A stretch of 24,847 bases of DNA from Pseudobacteriovorax sp. (lineage in GTDB: Bacteria > Bdellovibrionota_B > Oligoflexia > Oligoflexales > Oligoflexaceae), in NCBI GenBank assembly GCA_050293845.1, contig JBNKNM010000071.1, positions 1 through 24,847 of the forward strand, in the 5' to 3' direction. Shown in pieces: positions 1 to 9,713 of this stretch. A program made the position numbers and the translations under genes. Within the stretch, counting starts at the first letter, position 1. Each line of letters begins with the position of its first letter. Under the pieces are notes generated by a model. It did no database searches. It worked only from the letters and a program-made list of their open reading frames with translations, and was not told the origin of the DNA.

Positions 1-191
1 TCACATGATTTACTTCGAAGATTTTGATCAACTCGTTATTAGAGTTGAGGCAACTATGCAATATTTTAGTGAGCGGGTTGATGATGTAATGAAAGTTATC
101 GGAGAGTTGTTAGGTTTCTTTAGGAGCACTACATGCAAAGGCTTAAAACCCAAAAAAATTATCTGGATTACTATAACTCTAGCAGCTATTA
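1..191 (+). mobile_element. Right end of a probable IS630-family element (transposase C-terminus and terminal sequence)
   Basis: Frame 2 is open from the window edge and reads HMIYFEDFDQLVIRVEATMQYF, resembling the tail of IS630/DDE_3 transposases (HN.YF..F..L...V...). The DNA ends in ...GCAGCTATTAG at 182-192, with a TA exactly where homology to the M32 peptidase begins. Family call is from memory. Confidence 0.55.
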
Positions 192-192
192 G

Positions 193-1029
193 TCTTTAGG
201 ATTTAATCTAGAAAACGGAGTCATTGCTACCTCTAGCCATCCATTTAGTATGACAATTGGTCCTAATGATTACCGCATAACAACGCGATATCTTCCAAAA
301 GATCCTATGTCGTCGTTTTTTGCCACAATTCATGAAATTGGTCATTCCCTCTACGAGCAAGGACTTCCTGTTGAATACTGGGGTACCCCAAGAGGAGAGG
401 CTGTTTCTAGCGGCATACATGAATCCCAGTCCTTGTTCTGGGAGAATCGAGTGGGACGCTCTAAAGCCTTTACAAATTACTGGTATCCTCAGTTTAAGAA
501 GAACTTTCCATCACAGTTTAAAGGTGCTAGTGAAGATGGTTTCTACCATGCTGTAAATAAAGTAGCTCCGTCTTATACACGTGTAGAGGTCGATGAAGTT
601 TGCTATTCACTGCATATCATCCTACGCTACGAAATAGAACGGGATTTGATCAATGGCAAATTGGAAGTAGCCGATATCCCTGAAATCTGGAACAAAAAAA
701 TGATCGACTACTTGGCCATAACACCACAAAATGATGTGCAAGGCTGCCTACAAGATGTACATTGGTCTGAAGGATTATTTGGCTATTTCCCATCCTACGC
801 TTTAGGGCATCTCATCTCTGCTCAGTTTGTAGAAAAGATGGAGCAAGATATCGGTTCTTTGGAAAAACTAATTGAGTCTCAAAGATTCGATAAAGTCTTA
901 TCTTGGTTAAGGGTCAATATCCATACACTAGGTCGATCCTACGAAGCACCTGAACTCATTCAAAAAATATCTGGAAAGTCTCTGTCAGAAAAGCCTTTTC
1001 TTGATTATCTGAAAAAGAAGTATATCTAA
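193..1029 (+). pseudogene. M32 family (Taq-type) carboxypeptidase, C-terminal half only; apparently IS-interrupted
   Basis: Motifs HEIGH (HEXXH), GIHESQS, RVEVDEVCYSLHIILRYEIE, GCLQDVHW, GYFPSYALG. The frame extends upstream of the ATG at 250 as SLGFNLENGVIATSSHPFS (the HPF motif) up to a TAG at 190-192. M32 enzymes are about 500 aa; only about 278 codons are present here. Confidence 0.85.
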
Positions 1030-1284
1030 ATTTCAGCCAATCAGCGCAGCTTTTCCTGGGCTCAGAAAAATAGAGTCCAAAAGTTAACATAATTTTTCTT
1101 TGAACAAAAGTTCACAGCAATCTTGATACTTGAGGCCAAGGTCATGGTGAACACGCTAAGTATTTGCCCAAGGGGATAGGCTGCTGGGTGTTGCCCTGGT
1201 GAAAACAGGCTAATGTCGCATAGCATTGATTTCTCACTCGTGGAGAACATCGCATTATGGAGATGGGAGCACTAGTCAGTTCCT

Positions 1285-2100
1285 TTATGTCCTTCTGTAT
1301 CTTTCCTTTGCAATCTTCCCTTTTTTGTTGAGAATGGGGCGCAAGGACCTTCTCAAGTTAGGTGCTAAATAAGACAAAGTAGTTAGCCAACCACTAACTT
1401 GAGGTAAACAGATTTCAACGGCAGATCCTGAGGCCACTTTAAGTACTGCTTGGGCCACATCCCTGGCAGTGCTCATTGGTTGAGAAAAGACAATGTCTTC
1501 CACATTATCCAATTCATCCATGATAAACCCCGTCGATATGGGACCAGGAGACACAAGGCCAACATGTATGTTAGAAGGTCTGAGTTCATCCCCGAGTGAA
1601 TAGGTAAACGACCTAAGTGCGGCTTTTGTTGCTGCATATGTTGCAGCCCCTTCCATGGGGGTTCGGCCCGCAAGAGACCCAACGTTTATAATAGATCCTT
1701 TACCTTGAGATTTCATAAATGGAATCACAAGGGCACTCAGTTCAATGGGTGCCTTTATGTTCACATCGATCATTCTAGTTAGGTCTGCTATGCTTTTCTG
1801 TTCTACAGGCCCACGGCTGTGAAAGCCAGCATTATTTATTAGGATGTCAATACTCCCAAAGGTTTCTGCTGCTTCTTTAACCATAGAAGATAATGCTTTT
1901 GAATCTGATACATCCAATGATATTGGGAGAACCTTTGTATGCTCTGCTAGGTTCAAAGCTAAATTATTGAGGTTTTCTTTTCCACGAGCTATGAGAATTA
2001 GATTTGCTTTATGTTCAGCAAAGACCTCTGCGCATGCCCTTCCCACACCAGCAGACGCACCGGTGATAATAACAGTTTTTCCTTCAAATTCTCGCCCCAT
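1285..2100 (-). CDS. Short-chain dehydrogenase/reductase (classical SDR)
   Basis: TGASAGVG Rossmann motif, INNAG, catalytic S...YAATK; GAGGA RBS upstream of the ATG. Confidence 0.95.
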   Translation of the reverse strand: MGREFEGKTVIITGASAGVGRACAEVFAEHKANLILIARGKENLNNLALNLAEHTKVLPISLDVSDSKALSSMVKEAAETFGSIDILINNAGFHSRGPVEQKSIADLTRMIDVNIKAPIELSALVIPFMKSQGKGSIINVGSLAGRTPMEGAATYAATKAALRSFTYSLGDELRPSNIHVGLVSPGPISTGFIMDELDNVEDIVFSQPMSTARDVAQAVLKVASGSAVEICLPQVSGWLTTLSYLAPNLRRSLRPILNKKGKIAKERYRRT

Positions 2101-2274
2101 ATCATTTCCTCATCTATGATTTGTTATATGAAGAATTCTTGCACGAGCAGGGTACTATAGAATTAGTGTGAATTCACAGAGTAATTAATACACCATCAAT
2201 ATATTCCTATGTAAATTATTAACTTGCCCGTATTCCGGAATTAAAAGCTAGTTTACCTCTGATCGCCATGGAAC

Positions 2275-2517
2275 AAAGCATTGACATTTCAAATGTTCCA
2301 TTAAATAATGTGGCCGACATCCACACATGGTAATATATTGGTGGCGATAACCAGCAATAGCGATTCGAGAATAGCGGAAACGGATATGGGAAGATTATCG
2401 CTCAGCACAGCAATAAGTGTATGGGTGTTTCAGCAGCGACAACAGAAGATGGTGCGCATATATATCAACGGGATTGCATTACAGGGCACAGAACCAGGCT
2501 TTTCAACTGATTCAAAA
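2275..2517 (+). pseudogene. Degenerate ricin-B lectin / CBM13 domain remnant
   Basis: Frame 3 from 2283 reads DISNVPLNNVADIHTW*YIGGDNQQ*RFENSGNGYGKIIAQHSNKCMGVSAATTEDGAHIYQRDC, and after a frameshift QNQAFQLIQ. This is a beta-trefoil repeat pattern with in-frame stops at 2331 and 2358. Confidence 0.8.
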
Positions 2518-2531
2518 CGGGAGTTACTTGC

Positions 2532-3365
2532 ATGAATAAAATATTTTTACTGACTGGAGCTGTAGTTATGTGCACCAGCCTATTTTCCCAAGTGCCTAAT
2601 AAGATGTCTAAAAACTTAAAGAGCTTATCATTAAGCAATCCTTCGAGTTCCTCAAAAGCAGATTTTTCTCTAGTGTTTCGTGATGATTTTAATTCATTTG
2701 ACTCTAGCAGATGGCAGCTAATGACTCACTCCTGGCCTGGTAACCTTGCTGTGTTTTCTCCTGATACTGTTTCAGTTAGAGATGGAGTAATGATACTCAG
2801 ACTTGATTCTGCACCAGATGGAACTGTAGTAGACGGTGAAATAAAGCCATTTTTAGGGGCTGAGGTGCGTTCATATGAATCTATACCATATGGACGCGTT
2901 CGCGCCAGAGTTAAGTTCGCGAAAGGTTCTGCAGTAGTCTCGTCCCTTGTCTCTATTTATACTCCTTGGCCCGCTGATGATTGGAATGAGTTTGACATTG
3001 AAAGCCTTGGTAAAAACACTAGTGAAATTCAGTTTAATAGTATGGTCTATACTGGGCCTAGGCCTCCTATTTCTAAACCCGTATCCCCCACTCAATATCC
3101 TTCGCTGCAACCGCTAGGATTTGACTCAAGTCAAGACTTTCATATTTATACATTCGAATGGACACCAAAAGAGGCTATCTTTTTAATCGACGATATCGTG
3201 TTTCACCGATGGAATCAAAAAATGGATCTTATCGGTTTGCCCCAGAACATACTTCTTACAATATGGGCTTCGAATGCCTCCAGTTGGGCTGGTCCAGTGA
3301 CCGATGAAACAGCAAATGGAGAAGTAATTTATGACTGGGTTGAGGTGTGGAAGTATAATCGCTAA
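2532..3365 (+). CDS. Secreted glycoside hydrolase family 16 (lichenase/beta-glucanase-like)
   Basis: FRDDFNSFDSSRW start of domain, catalytic WNEFDIE (ExDxE), FHIYTFEWTP, YDWVEV; signal-peptide-like N-terminus; GGAG RBS. Confidence 0.92.
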   Translation: MNKIFLLTGAVVMCTSLFSQVPNKMSKNLKSLSLSNPSSSSKADFSLVFRDDFNSFDSSRWQLMTHSWPGNLAVFSPDTVSVRDGVMILRLDSAPDGTVVDGEIKPFLGAEVRSYESIPYGRVRARVKFAKGSAVVSSLVSIYTPWPADDWNEFDIESLGKNTSEIQFNSMVYTGPRPPISKPVSPTQYPSLQPLGFDSSQDFHIYTFEWTPKEAIFLIDDIVFHRWNQKMDLIGLPQNILLTIWASNASSWAGPVTDETANGEVIYDWVEVWKYNR

Positions 3366-3668
3366 ATTGAACAGCAGATGCTTCACACGACTTTATTACT
3401 ACGACATGACTTATACAGCTTGGCGAGATTCAATTGTTAGATTCATGCTAACAACCCTGTGACGAGGCTTTTCTGACATACTCCAGATAGTAGCAGGAAA
3501 CCTAGAGCTGACTCCATTCTCCTGCAAACCGCAAGTAAGCTTGCCTCGCGTTACCATGTTTCTGACACCCTAACTACAGGATGATTTCGACTTTCAGTCG
3601 AGAGGGGATGTCACGAGTGTCCTGAACCGACTGGATTTCAGAAGTGGGCAGTTCATTGCCGTAAGAAA

Positions 3669-4211
3669 CTAGTCCAGAAGACTCAAACAAGACACGTTTT
3701 TCTTAAAAACCTGGTCTAAAGCAAATTGTCCATTACATGAAAAAAGTTGATCACCCAAGAAACTGTTGAATGACTCATTTATAGTCACTTTAACAAGGCC
3801 ACTCTCAAGCACCTCAGGCTTTAAGCGTGCGTCTATTTGGGTGCCTTCAGCATAGTAAAATGAAAGATTGTTATAAGTTCCATCTGTTGCAGGATTTTCC
3901 TCCTTTCCCGTACAAACTGAAACACCAGAAACAATCCGATCGAAGTCACTAGCGGATAGTTCGATTGTCGCCTGACCATAGCAGGATGGAGTTTGATCAG
4001 CCTCCGCAAGTTCCTCGCGATACTCCATCTTACCCGTTGAAAAATCTAAACTAATGGTGAGTGCGTCAGGACTGAATCCGCCAATAAAACGTTCTGCCTT
4101 AGTGGGGTTCGGCGCCAGATTCAATACCGCTGTCTCGGCTTTTTTATCGGAATCACAGGATACTCCCATAGCTATCAGAGTCATAAATGAAAGTAGTTTG
4201 ATAAAATCCAT
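3669..4211 (-). CDS. Hypothetical lipoprotein
   Basis: 180 aa ORF with a hydrophobic N-terminus and lipobox-like MGVSC; GAGG RBS; four further Cys. Confidence 0.75.
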   Translation of the reverse strand: MDFIKLLSFMTLIAMGVSCDSDKKAETAVLNLAPNPTKAERFIGGFSPDALTISLDFSTGKMEYREELAEADQTPSCYGQATIELSASDFDRIVSGVSVCTGKEENPATDGTYNNLSFYYAEGTQIDARLKPEVLESGLVKVTINESFNSFLGDQLFSCNGQFALDQVFKKNVSCLSLLD

Positions 4212-4556
4212 AATAGAAACCTCGCTTTGTGTATAGTTTTAGTACCATGATTAGAATCAATCATAATTAGAATATTGCAAAAAAACAGACTTCAGAGAAA
4301 ATTTCACAAATCTTTTGACCGAAACCTCAAAAGCTTCACCTTCTGAGGCAGGGTCGTATAAGGTATCCTTGACAATCCTGCTGTATAATGAAGGGTCCTT
4401 GGTTAGCATTGCAGGAACTAATGGCTCATTGAGTCGAAGTGGCACTTTGATCTACATTGAATCAAGGTGGGTCCTGGCAGTATCTTCCATAGTTCCTCCC
4501 CTTTGGTTTCCAATAGTGAAGCCGGGTGTTCCTGGAGAATGGTGAGCTCTTCCTTA

Positions 4557-5072
4557 CTACTCTTTTGGAATAGGACCTAAATGGGTAACATACCACTGAG
4601 TCCCCCAGTTTATTACCGTACCAAGATCGATTGTTGCTTCTTTACCTTCGCTCGACACAAGAATTTTGTTTCTATAGCAAGACCAGTAAGGAATCTTATT
4701 ATACTCTGATCCCTTTTCCTTCCATTTGCACCGCCCCATTTTTACAGTTTTAAATTCTAGAGTCTTTCCTTTAAAACGCTCCTGCTCTCTGGATATATCA
4801 GCTTTGTACCATTTGATGAGCTTTTTATAGTAAACTGAGGGCCACTTGATATCTTTAAGACTTTCAAAAGCTTTTTCAGGAAAAAAATAAACTAATACCT
4901 CATCAGACCTATTCTTCTTTATCGCTGCGACAATATCCTTAGCTCTGGCATCAAAGGGTTCTATTGTGGATAAGGGGAGTTTATTTCGATTTTCTTTAGG
5001 AATATCTATAGCTAAGCATAGATTTGAAAGACCAATAAATACCCCAACTAGGGCAGCTTGCAGCTTCTGCAT
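4557..5072 (-). CDS. Hypothetical secreted basic protein
   Basis: ATG at 5072 follows a GAGGTG RBS; signal peptide MQKLQAALVGVFIGLSNLCLA; Lys-rich mature part with a Cys pair and C-terminal INWGTQWYVTHLG. Confidence 0.75.
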   Translation of the reverse strand: MQKLQAALVGVFIGLSNLCLAIDIPKENRNKLPLSTIEPFDARAKDIVAAIKKNRSDEVLVYFFPEKAFESLKDIKWPSVYYKKLIKWYKADISREQERFKGKTLEFKTVKMGRCKWKEKGSEYNKIPYWSCYRNKILVSSEGKEATIDLGTVINWGTQWYVTHLGPIPKE

Positions 5073-5974
5073 AAACACCTCATCATAGTCAAAAAATACT
5101 TACAAATAGTCTAACCCAGATCAGGAAAATTACTATACTGCTTTTCATGGAGGCAGCGATTTTATGGCCAGAATCTTTCTGACTTAATAATATGAGATTT
5201 TTGTAATATCGACCCGATAAGCCTGATAATGCGTCTTCTTACTATATCAATATTAAGCTCTGACACGGTAATATATCGGAATTTAGATGTCTTTTCACAA
5301 ATGGTACACCACTATTCAAAAAATTAAATTGTGTTATGTAGTCAATCTCACGATTTTTGCCTCTCTATACTTATAAAGGGAATTACTAGAAATATCTGAA
5401 AGTAACTTTTTCTATTTGGTTTGAAGATCATTGTGAGGGCTAAAGATCGGAGAGTAAAAATTACAGACGATCTATTCAATCTTTTCTCACTCATTGTCCG
5501 AATAAACTCTAACTCATATCCGATTATTTGAGTAACTTTTCCTTTTACTTTCGTATAATCATTATCATTTGATTGGAATATGAATTGAGAGTCAAATTCA
5601 TCGTCGATGTCTGTCATAATTTTTCTTAAAGCCTCCAACAGAGTAACGTTTCTACTTCCATTTTATTTCTATTATTACAGTTACATTTTCCGACAACGTT
5701 ACTGAGGCATGGGATAAATTAAATGCTTTTCGTAGACGATAAAATGAATCTCGCTCCCACTGGGCATGAAACCTTCCAAAAAGGTCAATCCCGTTGTTCC
5801 AAAAATGGTTTACGTCGATAGTGTTGAAATAATAATAACAAAATGGCAAGGGTGGGCTAAAAGTGCGAAGAAAAAGCTTAATAGGAACTTGCACATATCA
5901 AACATCAAGAAGATAGTTATCTCTCAGAAAAAGAGACTTACTGAGTCCAGTAAAACCCCGTATCAAGACATTCT

Positions 5975-6102
5975 CCCTCTTTTAGCTTGATTCCTTGATT
6001 AAAAAAATGACGTAGTTTATGCGGTGAATTATTTTCAACCGGCTGTAGCCTTCCCGATATTCTGAACGAATGCAAAAGAGACGATGCGATTCATCAATTT
6101 TA
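5975..6102. repeat. Direct repeat copy 1 (128 bp)
   Basis: Aligns without gaps to 6188-6315 (offset 213) with 10 mismatches by manual count. Confidence 0.95.
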
Positions 6103-6124
6103 AATTCATAGTTTTGATTCTCCG

Positions 6125-6196
6125 CCCTCCCTCTTCCCCCCCCTTTTTCCTCCTCTTCTTCCTCTTCCCCCTCTTCCTCCCTCTCCCCCCTCTTTT
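6125..6196. repeat. 72-nt pure polypyrimidine/polypurine tract (CCTCTTC-like units)
   Basis: Only C and T on the + strand from 6125 to 6196. Confidence 0.95.
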
Positions 6197-6315
6197 AGCT
6201 AGATTCTTTAATTAGAAAAATGACGTAGTTTATACGGTGAATTATTTTCAACCAGCCGTAGCCTTCCCGATATTCTGAACGAATGCAAAAGAAACAATGC
6301 GAATCATCAATTTTA
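6188..6315. repeat. Direct repeat copy 2 (128 bp)
   Basis: About 92% identical to 5975-6102. Confidence 0.95.
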
Positions 6316-6332
6316 TGAGATAGGACGAACTC

Positions 6333-6696
6333 ATGAAATTTGCCTTAATCATTCTGTGTCTTAGTAAGTAGGCTAAGGGAATTTAGATAGTGATAACAAG
6401 CCGAAACCAAAGCAACCCCATGAAAGTCAGGCTAATAATAACGAAAGTACAGATGGTGACGCTACCCCTGGAGATAATATGAACTTGATCAAATGAAAAT
6501 GCTACCACCGCAAGCAGATGCGAAGTTGGATTGGACCGCGAATGGCTACTATTTAGAATGGCAATGCGACTGAGTCCCAAATAGCCCTACCATCCTCGCC
6601 ACATGGAAGAATCAGATTTGTTTAAACGATTTACTCTCAACTAATGAAGCGGAACTATATCCAACTGGTGCAGCTCTCAGGACTAGGTTTAGCTAG
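6333..6696 (+). pseudogene. Decayed exported protein, possibly cytochrome P460-like family
   Basis: AGGA RBS and MKFALIILCLS start, then an acidic/polar linker. Across stops and frameshifts it reads LPPQADAKLDWTANGYYLEWQCD*...PSSPHG/KNQICLNDLLS..YPTGAA, a pattern I recall from P460-like exported proteins. Confidence 0.45.
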
Positions 6697-6712
6697 GAAC
6701 TAATTCATTGAT

Positions 6713-7213
6713 CTAGATACTTTCCACACATTGTACATCGGTGCTGTGTTCGATATAGTATTTAAGATCTTTAAATAGAGGGTCTTCCTGTTTTAATAGA
6801 CAAGTATTACAAAAAGGATTTTCTACTGTAGCTTTGATAAAAACGCTTTTATTGACTAATGTAGTCATAACTTCATATGAGTACGCGATATCATTCTTAA
6901 CTGCGAACTCACTAACACTGAATTGATTGTCTCTGAAATGGCAGGTTCCACATTCATTCAGAATATAGCCTTCAAAAAGATAGGTGAATCCCTTCATTCC
7001 GCATATTTCATCTGGCTTGGTACCGGCAATGTCATAAAAGTCACTTTTTTCTTCTTGTGATCCGTCCGTTTGTTTAGGTTTAGGTTCTTGGCTGGCTTCA
7101 CTTCCTTTAGCTGCATCAGCCTGTTGAGCCGATGAGCTGCCAATGGTTTCACTTTCCTGGCAAGCGCTTGTAAACCCTAGTCCGATCCAAATTACTATGA
7201 CGCTGGTATTCAT
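6713..7213 (-). CDS. Putative c-type cytochrome lipoprotein
   Basis: ATG at 7213 after a GAGGGG RBS; lipobox-like FTSAC; polar tether; heme-binding motif CGTCH; second CNTC motif without His. Confidence 0.75.
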   Translation of the reverse strand: MNTSVIVIWIGLGFTSACQESETIGSSSAQQADAAKGSEASQEPKPKQTDGSQEEKSDFYDIAGTKPDEICGMKGFTYLFEGYILNECGTCHFRDNQFSVSEFAVKNDIAYSYEVMTTLVNKSVFIKATVENPFCNTCLLKQEDPLFKDLKYYIEHSTDVQCVESI

Positions 7214-7499
7214 TTTCCCCTCTATCAGTAAAATCTTTTTGAGGTTATCGGATAAATACAATACCAACTTAAGGTTTTTAAGGGGCTATGCGTTGTTCAT
7301 AGTCAAAGTTCTGTTATGCCTTTTGGGGAACTGGCACATTAAAAAACGGATAGTCTTTCAATTACCACCAATAGGTAGTACGAACCCAAATGGCTAGTTC
7401 AATCTCGGCCGGGATCTTTAAAGCGAACATTGCTGCTAGGGAACAATTTATGTTACCCTAATGATTCTGTAATATATTAGAATAATTAAGGAAAATCAT

Positions 7500-8870
7500 A
7501 TGAAACGAACATGGCTTGTAACGGCCTTAGTAACTGCTGCATTGTGGAGTCCTGTTGTGCTTGCCTCAGTATCAAATATTAAAGTGCGTGATATGGGCAC
7601 TGTGAGTGATATCGCCAAAACATCCTTTGATAGCGCTATTAGCTATACTATTACTCAAGCACCAGTAACCATCGGCGCGGGTACCTATCGGCTTATCAAT
7701 TTGCAAACGGGGACCCCTATTATAGAAACCTCTACGGAACTTCCAAAAGGAACGGTACTGAAGATTATTGCTACCCCTGCTCAGGGATATGCCCTAGATC
7801 TAGCATATGCGGCTACTTCAAGCCTCTGGGGGTTAAATCCTGAACACTCTCTTCCAGAGGCTAGCTATGAGTTTCCCCTTCATGGGGATACTACCATTGG
7901 TGCTACTTTTATAGAGGAGGAAAAAGCATTGGGATATAAGATATATTCCAATATAAAGTATGGTGAAACAGCCGAAAAGCATCTAATCTATGACGTTGTT
8001 GTGCCTTCAGACTTAGACCATATCACTCTCTTACCCATAGTATTTGTCGTTCATGGTGGTGGTTGGACCTCCGGTGACCCCAGTATTATGATCCAGATGG
8101 CAAGACAAATAGCTAAAACTAGAAAGTATGTCGTGTGCTTGATGAACTATAGATTTTTAGGTACAAGCGATGGTGGCGCGACTCCCTATAATGTTTCGGA
8201 GCAGATAGAGGATGTTTTCGGGGCTATGGCTCACTTTTTGAATCTAGAACCTGAAAAGTATCATGCTGATAAGTCAAGATTTGTGGTTACAGGGGACAGT
8301 GCAGGGGGGCATCTTGCAGCATCTATTGCCACTGTTTTTGATAGAATAGGCACTGCAGGATTCGATGGTACAAATTTTGAGTTTTGGCCCACCGGCTTGC
8401 GTGCCCAAGATGTGGTAAAGTTTAGGGCGCAGTATAGAAGAGGTATTAAAGCCATGGCACCCAATTATGGGGTCTTTGACCTATCCGCTACGGCCCCCTT
8501 GGGAAGTATCAGCAACTTTGCATTCTTTCCGGGAAACGCCCGTCTCCAAGCTAGCGACCTAGCACATCAAAAAGTCTCTCCAGCCTATGCGGCGATGGAA
8601 GCCTCTGTAAAAGTCCCAGCCTGGCAAAGTAGGGGAACTTCAGATCCTATTATCACCCAAGAGTCAGTTTTAGCTTTCAAAGCAAACTTAGATGCCGCTG
8701 GTTGGCCCTCCGAAGATAATATAAATATTGAAGTGGAGAATATTGGTCATGCCTTTTATGACTGGAAGGTTGATGAATTTACACAGACCGTATATCAGGA
8801 ATATGGTGAACCCCATGTCAACAAAATGATAAGCTTTTTTGATCGCTATGTGGGTCCCAGATTCCGGTAA
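7500..8870 (+). CDS. Secreted alpha/beta hydrolase (HSL-type carboxylesterase) with N-terminal beta-rich accessory domain
   Basis: Signal peptide; HGGGW oxyanion motif; GDSAGG nucleophile; GTSDP (Asp) and GHAF (His); AAGGA RBS. Confidence 0.92.
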   Translation: MKRTWLVTALVTAALWSPVVLASVSNIKVRDMGTVSDIAKTSFDSAISYTITQAPVTIGAGTYRLINLQTGTPIIETSTELPKGTVLKIIATPAQGYALDLAYAATSSLWGLNPEHSLPEASYEFPLHGDTTIGATFIEEEKALGYKIYSNIKYGETAEKHLIYDVVVPSDLDHITLLPIVFVVHGGGWTSGDPSIMIQMARQIAKTRKYVVCLMNYRFLGTSDGGATPYNVSEQIEDVFGAMAHFLNLEPEKYHADKSRFVVTGDSAGGHLAASIATVFDRIGTAGFDGTNFEFWPTGLRAQDVVKFRAQYRRGIKAMAPNYGVFDLSATAPLGSISNFAFFPGNARLQASDLAHQKVSPAYAAMEASVKVPAWQSRGTSDPIITQESVLAFKANLDAAGWPSEDNINIEVENIGHAFYDWKVDEFTQTVYQEYGEPHVNKMISFFDRYVGPRFR

Positions 8871-8884
8871 AGAATTTCTTAGGT

Positions 8885-9412
8885 TTAGTGATATTGGGGA
8901 TCTGCAGGATGATCTGACTTTTCCTGCAAACTTAATCCCCACCAGCTTGTATCATGCCAAGCGCCGAATTTATATCCTACGCCCTTATAAGTTCCTATTT
9001 TTTTAAAGCCCATTGCCTGATGAAAGCCAACACTCGCCTCATTAGGCATCGTTATACCAGCATAGGCATTGTAGAAACCTCGTCTTCTTAAGTCATTCAA
9101 TAGGGTCCCGTAGAGCAACTTGCCAATACCAGCTCTTTTTTGCGTGGCATCGACGTATATCGAGACATTCACTGACCAACGGTAGGCAGGTCGCTCCAGG
9201 TGTTCAGAAGCATAACAATAGCCATATATAGCGGAAGTCTCAGATTCTGCTACGAACCAAGGGTAGCGCTCTGAAATAGTACAGATTCTGTGTGCCATTT
9301 CAGCCATTTTTGGCGGCTCTTCTTCAAAAGAAATGACTGTGTCCTGTACAATGGGCGTGTAGATCGCTAGGATTTTTCGGCAATCTGATGGGTTTACCGG
9401 TCTGACTCTCAA
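8885..9412 (-). CDS. GNAT N-acetyltransferase, phosphinothricin/ArsN1-like
   Basis: ISFEEEPP, RPAYRWSVNVSIYV, GIGKLLY, PNEASVGFH..MGF, VGYKFGAWHD; TTG start after AGGAG. Confidence 0.92.
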   Translation of the reverse strand: MRVRPVNPSDCRKILAIYTPIVQDTVISFEEEPPKMAEMAHRICTISERYPWFVAESETSAIYGYCYASEHLERPAYRWSVNVSIYVDATQKRAGIGKLLYGTLLNDLRRRGFYNAYAGITMPNEASVGFHQAMGFKKIGTYKGVGYKFGAWHDTSWWGLSLQEKSDHPADPQYH

Positions 9413-9713
9413 AGTTGACTCCTTTCAATGATCAGGTCTTTGATTTGGTGAAGAGCCTCAAGATAAATAGATTGAATCATACTCCCAAAAGCAAAAATGA
9501 TCTAGATGACCATGTTTGTATAATTTGCATGGGCTCAAAGACAGATGCTCGACTACCGAGAAGTTAAGGTCCGTTCAGATTTGCCTGTAAACTACAACTA
9601 CCAAACCGCAGAGCTTAAATTGCTAAAACAGGAATTGACGTGGTTTCAGAACGTCCTGGTCAACCCTTAGAGCCTGTTCCTTGTGTTAGGATTCTTGAGT
9701 GAACTACTTGGCT

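Noticed and set aside
1062..1250. 62-aa minus-strand ORF
   Set aside because: No motif or convincing RBS; the other frames also gave nothing recognisable.
2308..2535. 75-aa ORF as a real gene
   Set aside because: It is an alternative frame over the decayed CBM13 sequence and has no recognisable features of its own.
3366..3668. Possible riboswitch or ncRNA between convergent genes
   Set aside because: No recognisable consensus, and the position downstream of both genes does not suit a riboswitch.
4257..4545. Overlapping short ORFs on both strands, including an HSPGTPG segment
   Set aside because: Similarity to a metallo-beta-lactamase motif is too short and lacks the second His; unassignable.
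5348..5990. Three short ORFs (96, 80, 74 aa)
   Set aside because: Mutually overlapping with no recognisable family; may be pseudogene debris but cannot be supported.
5975..6315. CRISPR array or bona fide DGR
   Set aside because: Only two long copies, no spacer-repeat periodicity, no cas or reverse transcriptase gene in the window, and the mismatches are not strictly adenine-specific.
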